Assembly: GCA_049570475.1 (NCBI GenBank)
Contig: CP186953.1
Span: 192,001-256,000, forward strand
DNA from: Candidatus Methanosuratincola verstraetei
GTDB lineage: Archaea; Thermoproteota; Methanomethylicia; Methanomethylicales; Methanomethylicaceae
Direction of reading: 5' to 3'
DNA: 64,000 nucleotides
Both the position numbers and the translations under genes were made by a program. Positions 56,232-64,000 of this stretch are shown in pieces. Numbering within the stretch: the first letter of the stretch is position 1; each line of letters begins with the position of its first letter. Under the pieces are notes generated by a model. It was not told the DNA's origin, made no database searches, and was given only the letters and a program-made list of their open reading frames with translations.

Positions 56232-56498
56232 GGCAGGTGCATGGGCAGTAAGGTGATAGCAAAAGACCTCGGATTCAGATGAGGGGTACATGCACAGTGC
56301 CACACCGAACTGAAGATGGAGGGAGTTTCCCGTGAAGGCTTCCTCGGCAACGGGGGAGGCTAATGAGCGGGCGGGTACTTCCTGACAGGGGCGGAGGGCA
56401 GTGAAGAGCCGCCTATGAACTCGTGAGGCGGGCGAGTCTGGTGAAGCCCAAGACCTGTGTGTGCCTACATAGGTTGAAACCCTATCTGCATCATGCAT
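56232..56498 (+). ncRNA. Putative structured non-coding RNA with two kink-turns
   Basis: Paired ends TGCATG/CATGCA; nested helix 56285-97 with 56455-65; GCAA-tetraloop hairpin carrying a canonical K-turn; second K-turn hairpin; TATA-like TATAATT at 56204. Confidence 0.65.
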
Positions 56499-56586
56499 GA
56501 AGGTATGGCATTTCGGATTATAAAGTGTCCGTCGATCCCGGGATTTTTTATATATGGAAGGGTGATTGGAATCTTGGGTCAAATCT

Positions 56587-59466
56587 ATGGACGATCTTTT
56601 CTCAGCCTTCTCGAAACCCATCCAGAGGATTATCTTGGAGAAGGGCTTCAAAGGCTTCACTGAGCCGCAGAGTAAGGCGATCCCGCTAATAATGGAAGGC
56701 AAGAATGTGCTTGTCATCGCGCCTACTGGCACCGGCAAGACCGAGGCTGCGTTTTTGCCAGTCTTGGACCGCATAATCAGGGAGGGGGGCACTTGCGGGA
56801 TCAGAGTCCTCTACATATCCCCCCTTAGGGCTTTGAACAGGGACCTGCTCGACAGGCTCCACTGGTGGTGCAGCAGGCTCGACCTTAAGGTTGCAGTCAG
56901 GCACGGAGACACCGAGACGAAGGAACGGGGGCGGCAGACGATGGCACCGCCGGACATCATGATCACTACGCCCGAGACATTACAGGCAATGCTGCCAGGG
57001 AGAAATCTAAAGAGACACCTGTCGAAGGTGAGGTGGGTGATAGTCGACGAGGTCCACGAGCTTGCCAACGACAAGCGGGGCGTCCAGCTTGCTGTGGCGT
57101 TGGAGAGGCTTAGGGAGATAACGTCGGTCGAGCCCCAAGTGATCGGGCTCTCGGCAACAATAGGATCGCCTGATCTGGTTGGGAAGTTCCTTGTCGGATC
57201 AGAGAGGGGGTGCGAGATCGTCCGGGTTTCAGTCGCCAAGGACCTGAAGCTCGACGTGGTTTTTCCTGAGGCTGAAAACTCTGACTACGATCTGGCAGAG
57301 AGGCTCGCCACCTTTCCCGAAGTTGCTGCAAGGCTAAGGAATCTTAGGGATCTGATTGAGAAGAACAGGTCGACGCTCATATTCACCAACACGAGATCCG
57401 AGGCGGAGATCCTAGCCAGCAGGTTCAGGATCTGGGACGTCAATGCCCCGATAAGCATCCACCACGGGAGCCTGGCAAAGTCCTCCAGGGTTGAGGTGGA
57501 GTCGAGCCTGAAGAAGGGGGAGCTGAAGGGGGTGGTATGCACCTCCTCGCTCGAGCTCGGGATCGACATCGGCAACGTCGATCTCGTGATACAGTACAAC
57601 TCGCCCAGGCAGGTGACGAGGCTGCTCCAGAGGGTGGGGCGATCGGGGCACTGGGTCGGGGGCGTTTCGAGGGGCGTGATAATTACGATGGACTCGGACG
57701 ATGCGCTCGAGTCCGCAGTAATAGTCAGGAAGGCGCTGGCAGAGGAGCTAGAGGAGGTCAAGATCATCGAGAACCCCTGCGATGTGCTCACGCACCAGCT
57801 CGCAGGTCTCCTCCTCGACGAGGGGAGGATGGGGGTGAGCGATGCCCTCTCGATTGTGAGGAGGGCATATCCATTCGCAGCGCTGGAGGAGAGGAGGCTT
57901 GAGAGGGTGCTTGAGTACATGAGCAACAGGAGGCCAAGGCTCGCGCTCTATCTTCCGGAGGAAGGGGTCTTCATAAAGTCGAGGCCAAAAGAGGCGCTCT
58001 ACCAGTACTACTTCGAGAACCTTTCAATGATCCCCGAAGAGAAGCACTATGTGGTGATTGACGAGAAGACTGACGAGGCAATAGGGCTCCTCGACGAAGC
58101 CTTCGTTGCTGAGTATGGGGAGCCGGGGGTCAAGTTCATAGTGAGGGGATCACCGTGGAAGATTATCCAAGTATACAAGAGCACGGTGTACGTCAGGGCT
58201 GAGGATGACCCAACGGGCGCGATACCCGACTGGATAGGCGACGAGATACCAGTGCCTTTTGAGATAGCCCAGGAAGTCGGCAGCATAAGGAGGAGGGCGG
58301 CCAGCGCATTGAGACAGGGCAAGGATTACGGCATGGTCATCGATGAATTGCTCAAGGATTACCCGATCTCCAGGGATACCCTCTACAGGGCACTCCAAGA
58401 ATTGAAGGAACAGGCCGAGGGATTGTGGGAGATCCCAACAGACGATGTGGTCACAGTCGAAGGCTGGGAGGGCTATGTCATAGTGAGTTGCGCTTTTGGC
58501 CTTATGATAAACAAGGCGCTCTCCAGGATACTTGGGTACATGATAACGGAGAGGACAGGCGTAGGCGCAGGGACATCCCAAGATGCATACAGGGTCTTCG
58601 TCAAGGCGAATGTGAGCCCTGCCCTGGTCGCTGAGATCCTCAAAGGGCTAGAGGCGGAGGGGGTGCGGAAAGTCGCCGAGGTTGCTGTCGAGAGGACGGG
58701 GCTATTCAGGAGGAGGCTCATCCATGTCGCCAAGAGGATGGGAATAATAAGCAAGGAGGCTGAGATCAGCGATGTCGGGTCGGCCCAGCTCGTTGAGAAC
58801 TTGAAGGGGAGCATAGTGTACGAGGAGGCAATGAGCGAGGTCTTCTCAAAGGATCTGGACATCGAAGGGCTCGTCTCAGTTGTCGAGGGGATCAAATCCG
58901 GGAGGTTCAAGGTCAGAGTCATGGATCCTGAGTTGCCGCTGTCCCCGATCTCAAGGATCGGCATCAGGGAGCTCAGTTGGAAGACAGATCTGGTGCCCGC
59001 GGACCGGCTAAGGAGGCTTCTCATTGAGTCTACCAAGGCGAGGCTTCTGAACGAGGCCAGGGTCGCAGTCTGCGCCGAGTGCTTCAGGTTCGTCGAGAAT
59101 GTGAAAATAAAGAGGTTCATCAGCGGGTTCAGGTGCCCGGAATGCGGTTCTGCCAAGATAGGGCTGCTCGACGAGGATCCTAACGAGGTGGCACAGATGG
59201 CAGCAGAGAGGTCAGAGCTGGGGAAAGTCTCTGAGAAGCACAAGCCAATGCTCAAGGAGGCGGTTGAGACAGGGGAGCTGACCGAAGAGTACGGGCTGCA
59301 GGCAGCGATGGCCATAGCCTCGAGGAGCCTCCCTAAGCCCGTGGCATTCACAATAGCGACTTCCCGCACGAAGGATCTCGACTCTCTCGTGGACATGATA
59401 ATCAGGGAAGAGAAGAACGCGCTGAAGAGCAGGTTCCGACACAGGAAGCAGGAGGCCCAAGGCTAG
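56587..59466 (+). CDS. lhr: Lhr family SF2 helicase with C-terminal Zn finger
   Basis: APTGTGKT, SPLRALNRD, RHGDT, TTPETL, DEVH, GLSAT, HHGSL, TSSLELGID, QRVGRSGH; CAEC..CPEC. Confidence 0.93.
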   Translation: MDDLFSAFSKPIQRIILEKGFKGFTEPQSKAIPLIMEGKNVLVIAPTGTGKTEAAFLPVLDRIIREGGTCGIRVLYISPLRALNRDLLDRLHWWCSRLDLKVAVRHGDTETKERGRQTMAPPDIMITTPETLQAMLPGRNLKRHLSKVRWVIVDEVHELANDKRGVQLAVALERLREITSVEPQVIGLSATIGSPDLVGKFLVGSERGCEIVRVSVAKDLKLDVVFPEAENSDYDLAERLATFPEVAARLRNLRDLIEKNRSTLIFTNTRSEAEILASRFRIWDVNAPISIHHGSLAKSSRVEVESSLKKGELKGVVCTSSLELGIDIGNVDLVIQYNSPRQVTRLLQRVGRSGHWVGGVSRGVIITMDSDDALESAVIVRKALAEELEEVKIIENPCDVLTHQLAGLLLDEGRMGVSDALSIVRRAYPFAALEERRLERVLEYMSNRRPRLALYLPEEGVFIKSRPKEALYQYYFENLSMIPEEKHYVVIDEKTDEAIGLLDEAFVAEYGEPGVKFIVRGSPWKIIQVYKSTVYVRAEDDPTGAIPDWIGDEIPVPFEIAQEVGSIRRRAASALRQGKDYGMVIDELLKDYPISRDTLYRALQELKEQAEGLWEIPTDDVVTVEGWEGYVIVSCAFGLMINKALSRILGYMITERTGVGAGTSQDAYRVFVKANVSPALVAEILKGLEAEGVRKVAEVAVERTGLFRRRLIHVAKRMGIISKEAEISDVGSAQLVENLKGSIVYEEAMSEVFSKDLDIEGLVSVVEGIKSGRFKVRVMDPELPLSPISRIGIRELSWKTDLVPADRLRRLLIESTKARLLNEARVAVCAECFRFVENVKIKRFISGFRCPECGSAKIGLLDEDPNEVAQMAAERSELGKVSEKHKPMLKEAVETGELTEEYGLQAAMAIASRSLPKPVAFTIATSRTKDLDSLVDMIIREEKNALKSRFRHRKQEAQG

Positions 59467-60053
59467 TCGTTGGATTCGGGTTCGAGACTTACCCTCTCTG
59501 GGGAAGAGCCTGCAATCATGTCAAGCAGGTGCTTCCTGTCGATCTCAACCCTCGTCCTCCACCCTACGAATAGCACGCCGTTCTGGTCCTCATCAAGATA
59601 GCCCCTCCTGATGAACCGGTTGAGGTCTTGGTCGATCTTCCAGTCCGGGAACTTCTCCTGAAGCAGCTCCTCGACATCCCGCCTGGGCGCCCTCCCCTGC
59701 TTGGATGTCAGGTACGCCACAGTTGCGGCGAATACGGCAAGGGTGTCGATCCTCCACCCCGAAAGCGAAGCGTCCCCCATCTGCAGAGGCGCCTTAGAGA
59801 TCACATAGAACCTTGCCTGCTCCAGCTCTTCTTCTGTTGGGTTCGGGTGGTCGAGTCCATCAGAATACACTATCTTCACCTCAAGCCCTAGATCGTCGAG
59901 CTTCCTCTGGAGCAGCGAGACAACCTTCATGAAATCCTTTCCGATGTACTTCTTGAGCTCGTATCCCTTGACGCCAGGAAGGCGGTGGTGCTGGTACATG
60001 ATGAGCTGGGCTGCCTTCCTTATCTTTTTGGACAGGGACGCGTCTTCGCTCAT
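59463..60053 (-). CDS. Putative KITE (tandem winged-helix; Nse1/Nse3/ScpB-like) subunit
   Basis: KAAQLIMYQHHRLPGVKGYELKKYI...LQRKLDDLGLEVKIV resembles MAGE/Nse WH-A; LNRFIRRGYL...VGWRTRVEI resembles WH-B. Confidence 0.6.
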   Translation of the reverse strand: MSEDASLSKKIRKAAQLIMYQHHRLPGVKGYELKKYIGKDFMKVVSLLQRKLDDLGLEVKIVYSDGLDHPNPTEEELEQARFYVISKAPLQMGDASLSGWRIDTLAVFAATVAYLTSKQGRAPRRDVEELLQEKFPDWKIDQDLNRFIRRGYLDEDQNGVLFVGWRTRVEIDRKHLLDMIAGSSPERVSLEPESND

Positions 60054-60883
60054 GCTTTTTCCGCCTCCTTGATCATGTTTCTCCATTTTTCGTAGCTTAT
60101 GTTGATGGCCACAGAACGGCCTCCCCGCCTGTTCTCTACGCCCTCTGCAGGCTCGACCAGGATTGTCTCCTCAATGGGGTTTATTATGAGGTTGGCCAAG
60201 CCCTTTGAGACCAAAAAAGAAAGGCGATAGGCATTCATGACGGTCTCCTCATATGTGGGACCGAGAACGAACTCCCAGTAGTCTATGGGGCCTTCCTTTG
60301 CTGACTCTATCAACCTCGACCGCATCTTCTGGATATCCTCGTTGAACGCACGCTCTGAGATGAACCTAAGCCTCACGAGCTCTGCTATGTCAACCGTCCT
60401 GTCCGAGGCGGTCTGATCGGGAGATTCCTCCTTGACACGCTGGGAGATCGGCAGGATGGAGTTCCAGTAATCCAGCGCATCCTCGAGGCGCTCCGGGGTG
60501 AGCTGATCCATTGCGACGAGAGGGTGCCAGGACGAGAGTACAGAGTATGCTAGGGCTTCCTTGCTGAGCAGCTTGATCTTCACTTCGACCAGGAAGGGAT
60601 CGATGAAAAGCCCCGAGGCCCGGCGCTTGACCCAGTCGCTCTGCAGCTTAACCATGAGCGAGAGCTCCCTTATAGCCTCTGCATCCATGAGCAGGTCGTC
60701 GATTAGCTTCCATTTTGGGAGAAGTCGCTTCAGGATTGTCAGCTTCTGGGGGATGTCTACAAGGAAAGGATCGTCGCTCTTTGTGCTTATGCTCTGGCAT
60801 AGGTTGATTATCCTTGCCAGCTCCTCGTAGTATTCCTCGCTACGCCCTTGCTGCGGCAGCCCTCGCCACCTCCGACTTGCCAT
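60050..60883 (-). CDS. Putative kleisin (ScpA/Nse4-like)
   Basis: DPFLVDI and DAEAIRELSLMVKLQSD resemble the ScpA N-terminus; C-terminal winged helix DYWEFV..TYEETVMNAYRLSFLVSKGLA; start uncertain. Confidence 0.7.
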   Translation of the reverse strand: MASRRWRGLPQQGRSEEYYEELARIINLCQSISTKSDDPFLVDIPQKLTILKRLLPKWKLIDDLLMDAEAIRELSLMVKLQSDWVKRRASGLFIDPFLVEVKIKLLSKEALAYSVLSSWHPLVAMDQLTPERLEDALDYWNSILPISQRVKEESPDQTASDRTVDIAELVRLRFISERAFNEDIQKMRSRLIESAKEGPIDYWEFVLGPTYEETVMNAYRLSFLVSKGLANLIINPIEETILVEPAEGVENRRGGRSVAINISYEKWRNMIKEAEKA

Positions 60884-62591
60884 GGACGTTCTGGACAAAG
60901 ATTATGTTAGCAAAGTCACCCACCGCGCTGAGCTGGCTCGGGGTGATCACAATGAACTGGACGTCCGAGTTCTCGTTCATGAACGAGAATAGCATCCGCA
61001 TCATCGCTTCCCTGTTGAAGGGATCCATGTGCACATCGAACTCGTCCACAGCCCTGACAGGAGACTTCAGCTGGTGCTGCAGGGCAAGCAGGAAAGCCAT
61101 CGTCGCCACTGCGCGCTCTCCCCCGCTCTGCGCGTATGCATCAAGCAGGACCGGGGAGGCGCCCCTGAAACCAACAGTCACCTCGATCCCGGCCTTCTCG
61201 GGGTCGTCCATGTTGGAGAGGCGTATCTCGCCCGTCCCCCCAACTCTGCTCAGCACGTCCCTGTATATTGGGGTTATCTCAGCGACAAGCCTCTCGAGGA
61301 CTTCCCTCCAGATCCGCTTCCTCTCAGCTATCTCCTCGATCAGGTGCTTCCTGTTCTCCCCGACGACAGCTGCCTTCTGCTTCAGCTCTTGGTATGTCTT
61401 CTTGTATGCCTCGAACATAGACGGGGCATCCTCCGGCACGTCGCCAAGCGAAAGGAGGTGGGCATTAACATACCTGATCTCGTCCGAGATCTCCATCAGC
61501 GTCCGCGTAGTCTGAATGCGATCTCCAGCGCCTTTTGCTCCACGCAGCGCCTCCCCAAGCATCACCTTCGCCTCTTCCAGACCCGATTTCAGATCGCCGA
61601 TCTCCCGATCCAACTCGCCGGCGCGGTAACGCATCACAGCCTCCTCTACACGGGCATCGACATAGGATCTGACTATCGAGTCCAGCCTTTCGTCGGAAAT
61701 GCCCCTCTCCTTGAGCTTTTCAGGGGCCGAGATGAGGGCCCTCAGCCGCTCTTTTTCGGCCAGGTAATCGGACCAAAGCTGCTCAGCAGCTGCCTTCTTC
61801 TCAGCGATCCCCCTCCTCAAATCCTCAAGCTGGGCTGACTTGAGCCGCATCCGCTCTTCGATAGAGGCTACGGCTTTCTCGTTCTTTATGACCTGAGCCC
61901 AGACCATCTCCCTTTCCAAGTAGGACTTCCTCTCTAAGAGGCGCTTCTTCTCCTCGTGACGGTCGTTAAGATCCTTCCAGTACGCGAGCGTCTGCTCAGC
62001 GCTGCTCAGGAGCTGAGTTGTCGCCTCCTCCTCACCCAGTATGCGGCTCAGCTTCTCCTCGGCATCGAATATGGCATTGCGGTAAGGAAGGAAGCCAACA
62101 GCCTCTTCGACCATCCGGAGCTTCTCCTCAGGCGATGTTATTGCGAACTCCTCTATCATGTTCTGGTGCATTATTATCAGCATGTTGTCAGGGTTCATGC
62201 CGACGCTCTTGAAGAGCCGGTTCACGTCGAACTTGCTCGCCTCTTTGGAGTTGATTTCGAACCAGTAAGTCCCGTCCTTCTTGAGATACCTTGAGACGGT
62301 TATCAGGTCGCTGTTGATGATCGGCACAGGCCGCTTCCCGTCCACAGCGGTGTTGTTGAGGACGAGCGTAACACGGGCAGTTTCCTTCCCCCTCCTTATC
62401 AGATCAGAGAGCTTCCTGGACCGCTCGGTATAGCTCTGGCCGGTCGCCACAGAAATTGCCAGCAGGATCGAAGACTTGCCGGCACCGTTCGGGCCGGATA
62501 TTAGGTTGAGCCCCCGGTTAAGCTGCACCCTAGCGTACTCATACGACATGAAGTTCTCTAGGATCACCTCAGACAGCGTAAGCCTGGCCAT
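60840..62591 (-). CDS. Short SMC-family ATPase, SMC5/6-like heads
   Basis: LENFMSY, GPNGAGKSS, HQN, coiled coils, QSGGE, PVRAVDEFDVHMD, QFIVITP. Confidence 0.88.
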   Translation of the reverse strand: MARLTLSEVILENFMSYEYARVQLNRGLNLISGPNGAGKSSILLAISVATGQSYTERSRKLSDLIRRGKETARVTLVLNNTAVDGKRPVPIINSDLITVSRYLKKDGTYWFEINSKEASKFDVNRLFKSVGMNPDNMLIIMHQNMIEEFAITSPEEKLRMVEEAVGFLPYRNAIFDAEEKLSRILGEEEATTQLLSSAEQTLAYWKDLNDRHEEKKRLLERKSYLEREMVWAQVIKNEKAVASIEERMRLKSAQLEDLRRGIAEKKAAAEQLWSDYLAEKERLRALISAPEKLKERGISDERLDSIVRSYVDARVEEAVMRYRAGELDREIGDLKSGLEEAKVMLGEALRGAKGAGDRIQTTRTLMEISDEIRYVNAHLLSLGDVPEDAPSMFEAYKKTYQELKQKAAVVGENRKHLIEEIAERKRIWREVLERLVAEITPIYRDVLSRVGGTGEIRLSNMDDPEKAGIEVTVGFRGASPVLLDAYAQSGGERAVATMAFLLALQHQLKSPVRAVDEFDVHMDPFNREAMMRMLFSFMNENSDVQFIVITPSQLSAVGDFANIIFVQNVHGKSEVARAAAARA

Positions 62592-62807
62592 TGGATTCAC
62601 CGAGGGGCTTCCCCTTCCATTTTATGCTTAATAAACCTCTCCTTTCCCTTCAGGAGTCGATAACGGGCAGTCATTTATATTGACTTCGTTGGGGGCGGGT
62701 CAGATCATTTGCCGTAAGCAAGTGCCTCTTTTTCGCATAAAACGCATTGTTCAGAAAAAAGCTTATGAATATTTTCAATAATCATTTAAAAGCATAGGCG
62801 ATGGTCA

Positions 62808-64000
62808 TTGGAGAAAATAGAGGTCAAGAGCCTTGTACACAGCGGAGTGCTCATCCCGGTGTACAAGCCCGTTGGGTTCAAGATACGCTTCAGGGGGCAA
62901 GAGATCGCGCTGGACAAGGACCAGGAGGAGATGGCCGTCGCCTGGGTCAAGAAGCTCGGGACCGAGTACGCTACTGACAAGGTGTTCATCAGGAATTTCT
63001 TCCATGATTTCGGGAAGGCCCTAGGAATCAAGGGGAGGGTGAAGCCAGAGGATTTCGATTTCTCGGAAATAATTGCATGGATCTCAGAGGAGAAGGCTAA
63101 GAAGGAGGCCATGACCAAAGAAGAAAAGAAGGCGCTGGCAGCCGAGCGTAAGAGGATCAGGGAAGAGAACAGGCAGAAGTACGGCTTTGCCTATGTCAAC
63201 GGCATGCCCATGGAGATCAGCAACTACATGGTTGAGCCCGCCTCGATCTTCATGGGGAGAGGGGATCACCCGATGCGCGGGAGATGGAAGCCCGGCGTTA
63301 AGCCAGAGGACGTTACACTAAACCTCTCCCCAGACGCCCCTGTCCCACAGCCTCCAGGCGGGGGAAGGTGGGGGGGCGTGATCTTCGACCCTGGCTCACT
63401 CTGGGTAGCGAGGTGGAAGGACAAGCTGAGGGATAAGATGAAGTATGTCTGGCTCTCCGACACCGCATACATCAAGCAGGTCAGGGACATCGAGAAGTTC
63501 AACAAGGCATGGGAGCTTGAAGGAAAAATCAAGGAGGTGAGGGATCACATAATGACCGGGCTGGAGTCGCAGGATCCCCTCCAGAGGAAGGTTGCGACAG
63601 TCTGCTACCTGATCGATGTCCTCAAGATGAGGGTCGGGGACGAGAAGGACGAGGACGAGGCCGACACGGTGGGTGCAACGACCCTGAGGCCAGAGCACAT
63701 CAGCATAGACGAAGAGAAGGGGGAAGTTACCTTCGATTTCCTGGGTAAGGACTCGGTCAGGTGGATAAGCACAATCAAGCCTCCCCCGATAGTAATCCAG
63801 AATCTCAAGGAATTCATCGAGGAAGGGAAGGAAACAGTGTTCAACGGCGTGAGATCGCAGAAGGTCAATGCTTACTTGGCGGAGATTATGCCCGGGCTTA
63901 CCGCCAAGGTCTTCAGGACATACCATGCATCAACGACGACAAAGGCCTATCTTGAGAAGGCGGAGGTCGACAGGGACGACCCTGCTTTTGTAAAGAAATA
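62808..64000 (+). CDS. DNA topoisomerase IB (eukaryote-like), 3'-truncated by window edge; absent from ORF track
   Basis: Manual translation from TTG 62808: SLVHSGVLIP, QEEMAVAW, FIRNFFHDF, IFMGRGDHPMRGRWK, RVGDEKDEDEADTVGATTLR, FDFLGKDS, GLTAKVFRTYHAS. Confidence 0.95.
   Translation, partial: MEKIEVKSLVHSGVLIPVYKPVGFKIRFRGQEIALDKDQEEMAVAWVKKLGTEYATDKVFIRNFFHDFGKALGIKGRVKPEDFDFSEIIAWISEEKAKKEAMTKEEKKALAAERKRIREENRQKYGFAYVNGMPMEISNYMVEPASIFMGRGDHPMRGRWKPGVKPEDVTLNLSPDAPVPQPPGGGRWGGVIFDPGSLWVARWKDKLRDKMKYVWLSDTAYIKQVRDIEKFNKAWELEGKIKEVRDHIMTGLESQDPLQRKVATVCYLIDVLKMRVGDEKDEDEADTVGATTLRPEHISIDEEKGEVTFDFLGKDSVRWISTIKPPPIVIQNLKEFIEEGKETVFNGVRSQKVNAYLAEIMPGLTAKVFRTYHASTTTKAYLEKAEVDRDDPAFVKK

Noticed and set aside
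56232-56498. RNase P RNA, SRP RNA, cobalamin riboswitch, group II intron or TnpB omega-RNA identity for the structured region
   Set aside because: Only fragments match (AGTGCCACA, AGACCTG, GAGCCG, minus-strand GGGAAACTCC); no P4 partner strand, no SRP helix-8 motif, no B12 box, no proper domain V, no transposase or tnpB remnant
59463-62591. Wadjet/MksBEFG or Rad50-Mre11 assignment
   Set aside because: No JetD/Toprim nuclease or Mre11 adjacent, no zinc hook, SMC gene comes first, and head motifs are SMC5/6-like

Overview
Archaeal core-genome window with no mobile element, CRISPR array, rRNA or tRNA that I can support. Gene content (mtaB-mtaC, ramA, mtaA, a group-4 [NiFe]-hydrogenase operon with embedded hdrB, and eukaryote-type topoisomerase IB) points to a methyl-reducing methanogen of the TACK/Thermoproteota lineage, most likely Methanomethylicia (Verstraetearchaeota); this placement is inferred. 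Blocks in order: pst/phoU phosphate locus (1-6.6 kb); housekeeping genes; Ehd-like hydrogenase-HdrB operon (10.7-18.1 kb) divergent from a methanol:CoM methyltransferase cluster (18.6-27.3 kb); purB, transport and cofactor genes; a thiol-redox region containing a luciferase-less luxE-luxC-SDR operon (44-56 kb); a ~265-nt structured intergenic RNA candidate with two kink-turns; then lhr, a hinge-less SMC5/6-like SMC-kleisin-KITE operon and topoisomerase IB. Best leads: (1) the SMC5/6-like operon; (2) a 17-bp palindrome GGATRGATWATCYATCC shared by CbrT-like and DUF4430 corrinoid-uptake genes and the mtaB/hydrogenase promoter region; (3) the K-turn RNA; (4) luxCE without luxAB; (5) a second motif, TGTACACTTT, linking the hydrogenase, mtaBC and a SatP-like channel. 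All calls come from motif recognition by eye; no database searches were run.
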